64,000 nt of DNA from a virus (IMGVR_UViG_3300035696_000016:56591-120590), one strand, 5' to 3'. Numbered from the stretch's first letter, positions 1 through 9,401 are shown. Translations and numbers: made by a program. The notes: generated by a model from the letters alone, not told the origin.

Positions 1-63
1 ATGATTACAACGAATGAGAACGATCAAAATAAGATTATAAAAATTATTGGAGAAAATATATGA
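1..63 (+). CDS. 3' end of an upstream gene (partial)
   Basis: Open frame from the window edge to TGA at 61-63, overlapping the next ATG (ATGA). Confidence 0.5.
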   Translation: MITTNENDQNKIIKIIGENI

Positions 64-959
64 AAGTATTATTCGTTGGTGGCGGCAGAAGAGTTTCACT
101 TGCTAATAGATTTATTGCAGGCGGGTTCGATGTATTAGCATATGAAACAGATGTTAGATGCCCCGTTGCAAGTATTGGAGAAGTCATTCAGGGGAAAAAA
201 TGGAATGAAGCGGGCATCGAAGAAGATTTATTGAATGTATTTTCAGAAAGAAAAATAGATATTGCTATCCCGTTGCAAGACGCAGCAACAACGATATTGT
301 CAAGAATATCAAATAAAACATTTACTAAAATACCTACGGCATCAGAAGAAACTAATAGTTTATGTTTAAATAAAACATTGTTTGAGAAAAAATTATGCAA
401 TGAAGATATCTATCCATCGGTAGAAAAAAATTGTGATGTAATGATAAAACCAGTTTTTGGATTTAATTCAAAGGGAATAAAACGCATTAGTTATTACGAT
501 TATAGTCGAGGTGAGTATGACGAAGAGGTCGTAGCGCAAAAGTTCATTGATGGAAAGCGAGAAGTTTCCGTTGATGCATATTTTAATAGAGATGCAAAAA
601 TGGTGGATGCAGTGCCAAGATGGCGCGTTGAAGTGCAAGGCGGAGAGGTTAGTAAAAGCACAACAATGCGTCGAGATGAGTTTGGATTAATTGAAATAAC
701 AAGAAAAATCGGAGAACAGTTTGGGTTGATTGGGCCCACATGTTGTCAATACATAATTGACAACAACGACAAGCCGTTTATTATGGAAATAAATGCTCGT
801 TTCGGTGGCGGAGTTATTTTGAGTTTGGAAGCAGGGCTGGATATGGTAAGTATCATTAAAAATGAATATATAGAAGGAATTACATATCCGCCAAGAAATC
901 ATAATTGGAAAGAAAGTTTTTCAATGGTTAGATATTTTCAGGAGTATTTTTATGAGTAA
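60..959 (+). CDS. ATP-grasp domain protein (carbamoyl-phosphate-synthase-like, sugar-cluster type)
   Basis: IKPVFG..SKG and EINARFGGG ATP-grasp motifs. Confidence 0.8.
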   Translation: MKVLFVGGGRRVSLANRFIAGGFDVLAYETDVRCPVASIGEVIQGKKWNEAGIEEDLLNVFSERKIDIAIPLQDAATTILSRISNKTFTKIPTASEETNSLCLNKTLFEKKLCNEDIYPSVEKNCDVMIKPVFGFNSKGIKRISYYDYSRGEYDEEVVAQKFIDGKREVSVDAYFNRDAKMVDAVPRWRVEVQGGEVSKSTTMRRDEFGLIEITRKIGEQFGLIGPTCCQYIIDNNDKPFIMEINARFGGGVILSLEAGLDMVSIIKNEYIEGITYPPRNHNWKESFSMVRYFQEYFYE

Positions 960-1251
960 GACATATGTGTTTGACCTCGATGGTTCATTGTGTGAGGAAC
1001 GAAAAACATTCGAAAAAGCATTGGCAAAACCATATCAGCATGTGATAGATATTGCAAATAAATTATATGATAACGGTAATACAATAATCGTATATACTGC
1101 AAGAAGTTGGGGTGAATATAAAATAACAGAACATTGGCTACAAGTAAATGGTGTTAAATATAATTTATTAATGTGCGGTAAAGTGATATATGATCATTGG
1201 ATTGATGATAGGGCAATAAATATAAAAGATGTGGAAACTATAAAGGAATAA
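952..1251 (+). CDS. HAD-superfamily phosphatase (capsule-biosynthesis EcbF/BcbF-like)
   Basis: FDLDG, YTAR, CGK and WIDDRA HAD motifs I-IV. Confidence 0.8.
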   Translation: MSKTYVFDLDGSLCEERKTFEKALAKPYQHVIDIANKLYDNGNTIIVYTARSWGEYKITEHWLQVNGVKYNLLMCGKVIYDHWIDDRAINIKDVETIKE

Positions 1252-1252
1252 A

Positions 1253-1561
1253 ATGGCTGATACATTGGGTGGAATTATTGATAAATTATTTACGATCGAT
1301 ACCAAAATGTGGGTTAATCAGGATTTAATTTATGAGATACGAAGAATGAGTTTTGATGAATATAAAACAAAATATTTTACCAATGAAGAGGGTGCCCAAA
1401 AACTATGGGATTGTTTAAAAAAGGCTTGCGATCTTAATGTGCAGAGGAACGCCCTCATTGATGAAATTGATCAAAAAATAATTGAGATGATTGAAGCGAA
1501 GTTTAGCGGTGAAGAGTTAGATGGTGGAAAGTTTTTGCAAAGAAAACATAAAACTTATTAA
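1253..1561 (+). CDS. DUF4254-like protein
   Basis: GGIIDKL..IDTKMW and LNVQRNALIDEID pattern; sugar-cluster context. Confidence 0.6.
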   Translation: MADTLGGIIDKLFTIDTKMWVNQDLIYEIRRMSFDEYKTKYFTNEEGAQKLWDCLKKACDLNVQRNALIDEIDQKIIEMIEAKFSGEELDGGKFLQRKHKTY

Positions 1562-2367
1562 TGAAAACATTCAAAGCCACAATTCACATCGGATTAGGTG
1601 ATATAATTTATACACGTGGTCAATTCGATCCAGTAAAACATTTATATGATAGAATTGAAATATCATTTAATAAAATGTTATATGGGCTACATGATGATAA
1701 CTATCCGATTTTTTTAAATGATCTTGGAAAACTACTATTTTCAGAACACCCATATGTATTAACTGACGCCGATCATCCACACCTTAATCCAGTTGATATG
1801 GCAAAAGAAGCAAAACCATGCAAACCAGATTTAAAAAATATTTTATGTAAAGGAAACTCGTTAAATTTAGGTTCTGAATACATTGTATTAACAACAAAAT
1901 TACGATATTTTCGCAGAAATATATTTAATAGTCTATCTAATGAACTATTTAATACAATAAAAGAACTATCAAATAAATATAAAATAGTTGTTTTAGGTGA
2001 AAAAATTATTGAAATGAATAATGAATATAAGTTTTGGGGAAATAACGAAATATATAGTATTTACGATGATATAATTAAGAATATTCCAGCGGATAAATTA
2101 GTTGATTTAACAATTCCAGCATTAGGAATAACAAGCCCTAAATTGTCGCAAGTCCAACAAGATTGTTTAATAATGAAGGAAGCAAAATTAGTAATATCAC
2201 TTGGAGTAGGGGGTAATTTTTGTATGGCAACAGCAGTTGCCAATACAGTAGGATATAGAACGGATAATGATCCAATTGCCAATGCCGCATTCGACAGAGA
2301 ATACCCAGACGCTATAATAACTAAAAATTGGACATATTTTATAGAAACATTAAAAAAATACTTATAG
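1561..2367 (+). CDS. putative glycosyltransferase (GT9-like)
   Basis: IGLGDII N-terminal motif, IVVLGE, AKLVISLGVG; context. Confidence 0.5.
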   Translation: MKTFKATIHIGLGDIIYTRGQFDPVKHLYDRIEISFNKMLYGLHDDNYPIFLNDLGKLLFSEHPYVLTDADHPHLNPVDMAKEAKPCKPDLKNILCKGNSLNLGSEYIVLTTKLRYFRRNIFNSLSNELFNTIKELSNKYKIVVLGEKIIEMNNEYKFWGNNEIYSIYDDIIKNIPADKLVDLTIPALGITSPKLSQVQQDCLIMKEAKLVISLGVGGNFCMATAVANTVGYRTDNDPIANAAFDREYPDAIITKNWTYFIETLKKYL

Positions 2368-2374
2368 GAATAAT

Positions 2375-2998
2375 ATGTTTTATGGTCAATTCGAGTTAGA
2401 TAGAATTATTTATGAAACATTTTTCCAAAATAAAAGAAACGGATTTTTTGTCGAATGTGGGGCATTCGATGGATTGACGGAATGCACTTGTAAGTTTTTT
2501 GAAGAAACTATGGGATGGACTGGATTGAATATAGAGCCTACGCCATACGCATTTAACAAATTAAAACAAAATAGACCAAATTGTATAAATGAAAATTATG
2601 CCTTGTCATCAGCAACGGGTAAAGCGATTTTTACAAATGCCATTCACCCATCACATGGATTGCATTTTGGAAATGGATCATTATCACATTCGGAAAATCA
2701 TAAAAATGAATTAATAAATACCGGATGTTCATTCGAAACCTTCGAGGTTAATAAAATAATATTTATAGACTTATATAATAAATATTCATTACCAGATATA
2801 GATTTATTCGTTTTAGATGTGGAAGGACACGAAGCAGACGCACTAAAAGGTATCTTATTACTTCCACAACATGCATTACCAAAAGTTTTTTGCATTGAGA
2901 ACTCAATCACTAATTCTAATAAAATAGTACATATGCTATCACAAAGTTATATTTTTCATAGCCAACACGCACATAACGCGTTTTACACAAAAATATAA
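2375..2998 (+). CDS. FkbM family methyltransferase
   Basis: FFVECGAFDG, GWTGLNIEP, IDLFVLDVEGHE. Confidence 0.88.
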   Translation: MFYGQFELDRIIYETFFQNKRNGFFVECGAFDGLTECTCKFFEETMGWTGLNIEPTPYAFNKLKQNRPNCINENYALSSATGKAIFTNAIHPSHGLHFGNGSLSHSENHKNELINTGCSFETFEVNKIIFIDLYNKYSLPDIDLFVLDVEGHEADALKGILLLPQHALPKVFCIENSITNSNKIVHMLSQSYIFHSQHAHNAFYTKI

Positions 2999-2999
2999 T

Positions 3000-3839
3000 A
3001 TGAGTAGCGAAAAACTCCAAAAAGTTTTAGGATTAAATGAGTATCAGCCTAAAACTAAATATGTATGTTTTCTTCCTTTCATCGGAGAATTTGGATGGAT
3101 GATCACTACATTCGTCAAGCGCATTCAAGGCTATAACCACGCCAACAAAATCGTTTGCACAAAACGAGGACACGAATGTTTATACCCTTCCGCAACGCAA
3201 TTTTTCTACGATTGGCAAGATATTCCAGATCATATGAAAGCGGGTATTTACGAGAAGTTCGATCACGAAGAAATCATCAAAGAAAAAATCAAAACTCAAT
3301 TAAATACAGACGATATTCATTTTTGTTCCCCATCAGAAACTTCGTGGGATGAAAAGAAAACATTAGCAAATAATATATTTATTCCAAAATCAAATCATAA
3401 TCTTGGACTAAAAACGGATATCGTAATTACTCCTCGCAATCGTAAGATGGATCCAGATAGAAACTGGAGACAAGAAAACTGGCAACTCGTTGTGGATGAG
3501 TTAGCAAAATTAAATATCACAGTAGGCGTATGTGGAGCAAAAGATTCGACATTCCAATTAGATAATATAAAATATAAATCATATGATTATATAGATGTCG
3601 ATAGTGATGTTGAATTGATGACTAACGCACAATTAGTGATAACACAAGAAAGTGGATTACAATATCTATCATTTTTATGTCAGAGGCCAACATTTTGTAT
3701 AGATCGCTATCATAGGGATTTTGGCGCAGATCTCCATAGAAACCAACATATTCCATTCAGAGAATTAATGAGACAAGTATGGGATAAGCCACAAAGATTA
3801 GTAGGAGAGATACAATTATTTTTAGACCAGAATAAGTAA
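3000..3839 (+). CDS. putative glycosyltransferase (GT9-like)
   Basis: GEFGW, RNWRQENWQ, AQLVITQESGLQYL resemble GT9 C-terminal motifs. Confidence 0.55.
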   Translation: MSSEKLQKVLGLNEYQPKTKYVCFLPFIGEFGWMITTFVKRIQGYNHANKIVCTKRGHECLYPSATQFFYDWQDIPDHMKAGIYEKFDHEEIIKEKIKTQLNTDDIHFCSPSETSWDEKKTLANNIFIPKSNHNLGLKTDIVITPRNRKMDPDRNWRQENWQLVVDELAKLNITVGVCGAKDSTFQLDNIKYKSYDYIDVDSDVELMTNAQLVITQESGLQYLSFLCQRPTFCIDRYHRDFGADLHRNQHIPFRELMRQVWDKPQRLVGEIQLFLDQNK

Positions 3840-3846
3840 TGATATA
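3840..3846 (+). promoter_or_regulatory. TGATATA extended -10-like element, putative leaderless promoter
   Basis: Starts 17 nt before ATG 3857 with no SD; same motif at the same spacing before five other genes. Confidence 0.45.
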
Positions 3847-3856
3847 GCATTTAATA

Positions 3857-4966
3857 ATGAACTATATTCCAATGTATAAGCCCTATTTTCCGAAGGGCTC
3901 ATTAAACCACGCTCACGATGCATTGGATAGCACATGGGTATCTTCGCAAGGCAAGTATATTGATATGGCGAAAGAAAAACTCCAAGAATTACTTGGGGTT
4001 AAGTATGTCCAATTGCTCAATAATGGAACTTCGGCATGCCACTTAATGGCAAAAGCAGTTATTCGTAAGCATAAAATCAATGAAATCATTGTTCAAAATA
4101 ATGTGTATGTTGCGGCGTGGAATGGATTCCTATTCGATGGCAATTGGAAACTTACAGCTATTGACGTAGATTTAGATACTTGGAACTTCGATTTAAATAA
4201 ATTAGATACTGCGATAAAAGATAATCCATATGCAGCAGTATTGATTGTGCATAATATCGGAAATATAATTAATGTTCCAGCATTAAAACAAAAATACCCT
4301 AATACAATTTTTGTGGAGGACGCCTGCGAAGCGCTATTCGGTTCCTATGAAGGAAAACAAGCAGGAACAGATAGTTTTTGTTCAGCAATATCTTTCTTCG
4401 GTAATAAATCAATCACTTCGGGCGAGGGAGGCGCATTCCTAACCAATGACGAGGCTACATTCAATTATATAAAATGCGTTCAAGGTCAAGGGCAGTCAGA
4501 CCAAAGGTTCATTCATAACGAGTTAGGATATAATTATAGAATAACCAATGTGCAAGCAGCAATCCTATTAGGGCAACTCGAAATACTTCCAACGATTTTA
4601 GATATGAAGAACGAAGTTTTTACAACATATCGAACTGCATTAAAAGATCGTGAAGATATATTTATGCAAAAAATTGAAGAAAATACAACACATTCCAATT
4701 GGATGTTCGGCATTCGAGTTCCAAATCATAAAGGATATAAAGAAGCAGAAGCATTTTTCAAGAAAAATAATATAGAAATACGACCAATGTTTTATTCTAT
4801 TGATGAGCATAAATATCTAAATAACAATAGTAAAGTATATTGGAATGATTGCACAAATGCCGATATTCTAAATAAAGAATGTTTTATTTTACCATCGTAT
4901 CCTGAATTAACGAAGGATGAACAAAAACATATATTAAAAACATTAGATGATTATCTCATCCCATAA
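3857..4966 (+). CDS. DegT/DnrJ/EryC1/StrS PLP-dependent sugar aminotransferase (perosamine-synthase-like)
   Basis: NNGTSAC, VEDACEA, SFFGNKSITSGEGG, GYNYR. Confidence 0.92.
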   Translation: MNYIPMYKPYFPKGSLNHAHDALDSTWVSSQGKYIDMAKEKLQELLGVKYVQLLNNGTSACHLMAKAVIRKHKINEIIVQNNVYVAAWNGFLFDGNWKLTAIDVDLDTWNFDLNKLDTAIKDNPYAAVLIVHNIGNIINVPALKQKYPNTIFVEDACEALFGSYEGKQAGTDSFCSAISFFGNKSITSGEGGAFLTNDEATFNYIKCVQGQGQSDQRFIHNELGYNYRITNVQAAILLGQLEILPTILDMKNEVFTTYRTALKDREDIFMQKIEENTTHSNWMFGIRVPNHKGYKEAEAFFKKNNIEIRPMFYSIDEHKYLNNNSKVYWNDCTNADILNKECFILPSYPELTKDEQKHILKTLDDYLIP

Positions 4967-4975
4967 TTCCACATA
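4962..4975 (+). promoter_or_regulatory. putative phage late-type promoter motif (CATAAT-N3-ACATA)
   Basis: Ends 7 nt before ATG 4983; member of a motif seen before about 11 genes. Confidence 0.4.
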
Positions 4976-4982
4976 TTACTAT

Positions 4983-6122
4983 ATGAACCATCGTCAGCGC
5001 ATCCGCATATTAAAACTTGCCCAAGCAAATCCGTCAGCAGGTGCGCCAGCCAGTGCCCCCGGAACCGTTCCAGTGGCATCAACAACGACAACAACGGATA
5101 ACAATACAGATGCTTCAACAACCACGTCAGCACCAACTCTCAATTCTTCGCAAGCATCCGTCAATATCCGTGCCCTCCCATCGTTTCGACCTCAATTATT
5201 CCAACTTCGACCAGATCTAATTGATGACTTCGGGAAACTCGCAAACACAATCAATAGATATCTTTTATTGTTGTCAGGAAACGTTATTAGTTTTTCAACG
5301 GTATATACAAATCCTGCAATCACAGGCGATCAATATACACAAAGCGTAAAAAACCTATTAACGCTTGCAAAATGGATATATAACCTAATAACATCGCACG
5401 GGCCAGAATACACAGTAGGCGTTCTTCAACAGATGACACAAACCTTACTATCTATGGTCAAATCATATGCGTTTTCCGAAAATAATGCCACAAACGCTCA
5501 AACAGAATTAGTTTCACAGGTGCAAACAATTATTACAAAACTTGGAACCGCAAATAAAACAAGCCAAGAAAGACAGCGTATTCTTCGCAGATTGGCACAA
5601 GCAAATCCATCCGCAGGAGCACCAGCATCGGCACCGGGAACATCGGCAACATCAGCACCAACCACAACGACGACTTCCACTACAACGCCAACAACGACAA
5701 CAACACCGGCAGCAGTAAAAATAGATATTCAGGCAATTCCGGGTTTTCGTCCCGATTTATTTTCTCAAAGACCAGATTTAATTCTCGATATGAGCAGAAT
5801 TATTAATGCGGTGAATGGTTATTTACAAATGCTAACTCAAAATCAGGTCAATTTTCAGATGACTTGGCTTAATCCGAGTGTATCAGGGAGTGAGTATGTC
5901 AATAGTGTAAAAAACCTATATAATCTTGCAAAATGGTTATTCGGGGTTTTGACAACAAAAACAACAAAGTTTTATTCATTGGATGGATTAAAACAAATTG
6001 CCACAACTATGATCAGTATGGTGCGTCAGTATTCTTTCCCAGAGCCATCAATGTCAAACACAGCAAGTCAATTAATAGCAATGAGTGAGAGTATGTTAGC
6101 AAAACTTGGCACAACAAAATAA
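4983..6122 (+). CDS. hypothetical protein with two tandem homologous units and Thr-rich linkers (putative virion protein)
   Basis: LAQANPSAGAPASAPGT twice, RPDLI twice, SVKNL twice, KLGT twice; start reassigned to ATG 4983. Confidence 0.7.
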   Translation: MNHRQRIRILKLAQANPSAGAPASAPGTVPVASTTTTTDNNTDASTTTSAPTLNSSQASVNIRALPSFRPQLFQLRPDLIDDFGKLANTINRYLLLLSGNVISFSTVYTNPAITGDQYTQSVKNLLTLAKWIYNLITSHGPEYTVGVLQQMTQTLLSMVKSYAFSENNATNAQTELVSQVQTIITKLGTANKTSQERQRILRRLAQANPSAGAPASAPGTSATSAPTTTTTSTTTPTTTTTPAAVKIDIQAIPGFRPDLFSQRPDLILDMSRIINAVNGYLQMLTQNQVNFQMTWLNPSVSGSEYVNSVKNLYNLAKWLFGVLTTKTTKFYSLDGLKQIATTMISMVRQYSFPEPSMSNTASQLIAMSESMLAKLGTTK

Positions 6123-6142
6123 ATCATTGATATATTGTTAAT

Positions 6143-6895
6143 ATGCTTACAACATTGCGTGAAAGGATCAAATCCTATGAGGATCAGTCCGATATAAAAT
6201 TATTGAAAAAACTTCCAGTCATAACGATTGTGAATGGAAGGCAATTTAAGAAACTTACGTCGTTATTAAATAAACCATTCGATATTAATTTTTTTGAGAT
6301 ATTTACTGCAACGGCAATAAAACTAATGCAAGAAATTGATGGAAGTGTATTTTCATATTCTTTTAATGATGAAATTGTAATTATTAGTCGAAACGATCAA
6401 ACAAACGATACACAGCCATATTATGACAATCGAGTGCAAAAAATAGTTTCAGCAACAGCATCGATTGCAAGCATTGAATTTAGTAAAATGGCGGGAGCAA
6501 AGAATGTAGACTTATTCGGAGATCCGATATTTACGAGCAAGTGTTTTGTCGTCCCTCATATTGGAGAGGCAATAAATACATTGATAGCAAAACAGCAACA
6601 ATGTTTTCATATAGGGTTATATCAATGTTGTTTTTACAACTTGGTAAAACAACACGATATTGAAATAGTAAAAGAGACATTGGCTAAAAAAACCGTTGAT
6701 GATAAGTTAGAGATTTTAATGGAAGATTTTGGAATAGATTTTAACGCCCTGCCCTTGACAATCCGCCGAGGCGTGGGAGTATATAGGGCAGTGGCGGAGG
6801 GGCTTGACAAACCGCGGAAAAAGATTTATATTAACACGGAACTTCCCGTTTTTGCCAAGGCTCCGGAGTTTTTGAAAGATATTTTGAATGGATAA
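6143..6895 (+). CDS. tRNA(His) guanylyltransferase Thg1-like protein (first catalytic Asp appears replaced)
   Basis: KSYE, IVNGRQF (family RxDGxxF), KPFD, NDEI (family SDE), RVQKIVSATASIAS. Confidence 0.8.
   Translation: MLTTLRERIKSYEDQSDIKLLKKLPVITIVNGRQFKKLTSLLNKPFDINFFEIFTATAIKLMQEIDGSVFSYSFNDEIVIISRNDQTNDTQPYYDNRVQKIVSATASIASIEFSKMAGAKNVDLFGDPIFTSKCFVVPHIGEAINTLIAKQQQCFHIGLYQCCFYNLVKQHDIEIVKETLAKKTVDDKLEILMEDFGIDFNALPLTIRRGVGVYRAVAEGLDKPRKKIYINTELPVFAKAPEFLKDILNG
6804..6832 (+). promoter_or_regulatory. sigma70-type promoter upstream of the small tagged-ORF cluster
   Basis: TTGACA-17 nt-TATATT inside the 3' end of the Thg1-like gene. Confidence 0.5.
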
Positions 6896-7163
6896 ATTAT
6901 ATTACTTAACTCCGTGGCAGAAAAAACAAGATGATTTTTATTTTGCACGATATTCCATTGGTGATAATTTTAGACGAGCAATAGTATATCTAATCGAACC
7001 ATACAAGAAAACTAATGATAGTGAATGGGCTGGTTCGGAAACTGGTAATAAATTGTGCAAAACCAAAAAAGAAATTATGAAACGCACAGATAAAGAGTTG
7101 GTGGATCGCGGGTATATCTTACTAACGCAAGAACAATATGATAAACTCATAATTTTAGTATGA
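6888..7163 (+). CDS. small protein, YLTPW scaffold family, C-terminal tag
   Basis: YLTPW ... GYILLTQEQYDKLIILV*. Confidence 0.8.
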   Translation: MDKLYYLTPWQKKQDDFYFARYSIGDNFRRAIVYLIEPYKKTNDSEWAGSETGNKLCKTKKEIMKRTDKELVDRGYILLTQEQYDKLIILV

Positions 7164-7429
7164 ATAAAGTATATTTTTCACCTTGGATTGATGTTGGAAC
7201 ATACCATTGGGAAAGAAAATCTTTTAGTAAAATATATTTTGTCTATTTATATGATATTCATAGATTGGATAATTATTCATGTTCAGCCTGCATCGATGGT
7301 ATGTCTATATATCATATAGATGTAAAAGGGAAAATAAATGCTTTCAATCATATGAATAAATGGCTTGCAGATAATAAATGTGTTTTGTTGTCCCAAGAAC
7401 AATGGGATAAGTATCAATTACTAAAATGA
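7160..7429 (+). CDS. small protein, YLTPW scaffold family, C-terminal tag
   Basis: YFSPW ... VLLSQEQWDKYQLLK*; ATGA overlap. Confidence 0.8.
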   Translation: MNKVYFSPWIDVGTYHWERKSFSKIYFVYLYDIHRLDNYSCSACIDGMSIYHIDVKGKINAFNHMNKWLADNKCVLLSQEQWDKYQLLK

Positions 7430-7704
7430 ATAAAGATAAAATCCTAAAACCATACGAACAAACCGGCGATGGTAATTATGTCCGTTATTCATTAACGCAT
7501 ATATATTATGGCGTTGTGTATAAACATAGCAGCATTAATGTATGGTATAGTTCAGAAAATTGGAGTGGTGATGATCAACTCGGTATATCAATACCGTATG
7601 GCTCAAAAGAAGAAGCAATGGCTGCAACGGATGAGGCATTAATAAAAGAAGGATTTACAATATTAACACAGGAACAATACGAAAAATTGTTGTTATTACT
7701 ATGA
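7426..7704 (+). CDS. small protein, YLTPW scaffold family, C-terminal tag
   Basis: ILKPY ... GFTILTQEQYEKLLLLL*; ATGA overlap. Confidence 0.8.
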   Translation: MNKDKILKPYEQTGDGNYVRYSLTHIYYGVVYKHSSINVWYSSENWSGDDQLGISIPYGSKEEAMAATDEALIKEGFTILTQEQYEKLLLLL

Positions 7705-7946
7705 AAAGAAAATATGTATCACCTTATATTGATAATAAAAGATATATAATCAATGATCCACAAGGACAATTTTTCTCGGTTCAACCGTGCATCGGCAACG
7801 AAGCATTGGATGGAATGTGGTATTATTCTATGGGTTATTTTCCATCAAAAGAATTGACGATGGAAGCCCTTGATAAACAACTAATTAAGCAAGGATATAC
7901 ATTATTAACACAGGAACAACTTGACAAACTCACCATATTATTCTAA
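7701..7946 (+). CDS. small protein, YLTPW scaffold family, C-terminal tag
   Basis: YVSPY ... GYTLLTQEQLDKLTILF*; ATGA overlap. Confidence 0.8.
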   Translation: MKRKYVSPYIDNKRYIINDPQGQFFSVQPCIGNEALDGMWYYSMGYFPSKELTMEALDKQLIKQGYTLLTQEQLDKLTILF

Positions 7947-8223
7947 TGATTATATAAAAGTTCATTTAATAGAAAAAGATTACGGAACAACAATTAGTTT
8001 TTGGTATGACCCACCACCATCATTGTGGATTTTTCATACACGAATAGCAGAAGAATTAGAACAAGAATTATATAATGTGTTGCAAGAGTTCGTTAATAAA
8101 CTAAACACCAAAACCACACAAGCATTTATGGCTGGAAAATTAGAACAAATCTTTCGATTTTGGATGCAACGAGGCTGGCTAACAATTAATCCTATTTATG
8201 ATCTTATAAAAGAAAATGAGTAA
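7921..8223 (+). CDS. hypothetical protein
   Basis: 100-aa ORF filling the gap, TTG start uncertain. Confidence 0.55.
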   Translation: MTNSPYYSNDYIKVHLIEKDYGTTISFWYDPPPSLWIFHTRIAEELEQELYNVLQEFVNKLNTKTTQAFMAGKLEQIFRFWMQRGWLTINPIYDLIKENE

Positions 8224-8252
8224 GAAAAAGAAAATGAGTAAGAAAAAGAAAA
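8208..8252 (+). repeat. 18-bp tandem repeat, 2.5 copies (AAAAGAAAATGAGTAAGA)
   Basis: Read directly; duplicates a stop/start junction. Confidence 0.9.
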
Positions 8253-8389
8253 CGAATAAAAAGCCCTGCAAGCATTGTGATGGAAGTGGCTGGCAAACAG
8301 GAGAAAACGAAGGATTTATATGTGATTTTTGCGATAACGCGTGTTGTTGTGAAACCAATCGTGCAAAATGTTGTGTTCATCAAGGCTGA
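8216..8389 (+). CDS. 57-aa Lys/Cys-rich protein (CxxCxGxG zinc-finger-like), not in ORF track
   Basis: MSKKKKMSKKKKTNKKPCKHCDGSGW...CDFC..CCC..CC.HQG*. Confidence 0.6.
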   Translation: MSKKKKMSKKKKTNKKPCKHCDGSGWQTGENEGFICDFCDNACCCETNRAKCCVHQG

Positions 8390-8418
8390 AAAGACAATCT
8401 TTAACAGGAGAAACTACA

Positions 8419-8898
8419 ATGGCAATTTTTAAACACCTCAACTCAAAAATTGAAAAATCATCATACGACATCACAATCCAAAACATTGATGCGAGCAATG
8501 ATCATTGGGGGAATGAAAAAGACATCACTCAATTTTTAGGAGAAATTGAGGGGTTGTCGTATGACAAAGACAACTTTGATAAAAACCTTGTCAAACATAG
8601 TCTTGCTATTATAAACTATAATCCTCGCACCGAAGACATGATTTTTTACAAACAAGGACGAAACATTGTATTGCTAACGATTGCAGATCGTCGCAGTTTC
8701 AGTGATGTGGAGTGGCTATCTCGTCGATTAGAGATCAACCTAAAACGACAAGGGTTTTCATTCATTGTTATTGAAGTATTAAAGAAGGAATATGAGGAAG
8801 TGGCAAAAGGCACTAAAACATTGCCAGAGACTTGGGTATTGGACGAGGATTTAAATAAACGATTGTCGAGAATGAAAAACTTCGTGAATGCAATATAG
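8419..8898 (+). CDS. hypothetical protein
   Basis: AGGAG SD before ATG 8419. Confidence 0.7.
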   Translation: MAIFKHLNSKIEKSSYDITIQNIDASNDHWGNEKDITQFLGEIEGLSYDKDNFDKNLVKHSLAIINYNPRTEDMIFYKQGRNIVLLTIADRRSFSDVEWLSRRLEINLKRQGFSFIVIEVLKKEYEEVAKGTKTLPETWVLDEDLNKRLSRMKNFVNAI

Positions 8899-8911
8899 TA
8901 GTATTATATAG

Positions 8912-9397
8912 ATGGACAACTATGTAATAAAAAACTCACTTGGTAAAGGCAATGGGGTTTTTAGCACAGTAAATCTTCCCGCGAATCATACAATTTTTGA
9001 GTTCGTGGGTAAGGTTCTTTTAAGACAAGATATTCCAGATTTTAGCGGAACGATTGCAAGCAATTATTTACAAATTGGCCCAACACAATATCTTGATCTT
9101 GCTGGCACAGCACCATTCTACATTAATCATGCCTGCCTACCAAATTGTATGATAAAAATCATTGTCAATCGAGCCTTCCTCGTTTCAATTCAACCTATAA
9201 AAATAGGTGATGAATTGACATTCGATTACAGCACAACATCGACAGAAACTCCTGCAACATGGAGCATGGCTTGCAAATGCAATGCTGGACAGTTTCAATG
9301 TAGAAAAACGATAACAGGATTTTCTTCCGTTCCAGTAAAACAACAGCAAAAATATATTGCAAATGGAATGGTTCCTAATTATGTAATTGTAAAGTAA
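8912..9397 (+). CDS. SET-domain protein-lysine methyltransferase with post-SET cysteines
   Basis: GKGNGVF, INHACLPN, ELTFDY, CKC....C. Confidence 0.9.
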   Translation: MDNYVIKNSLGKGNGVFSTVNLPANHTIFEFVGKVLLRQDIPDFSGTIASNYLQIGPTQYLDLAGTAPFYINHACLPNCMIKIIVNRAFLVSIQPIKIGDELTFDYSTTSTETPATWSMACKCNAGQFQCRKTITGFSSVPVKQQQKYIANGMVPNYVIVK

Positions 9398-9401
9398 TAA
9401 T

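Noticed and set aside
7921-8223. Resemblance to a tail-sheath C-terminal domain
   Set aside because: Only a vague helical pattern in a 100-aa ORF outside any structural module; not supportable
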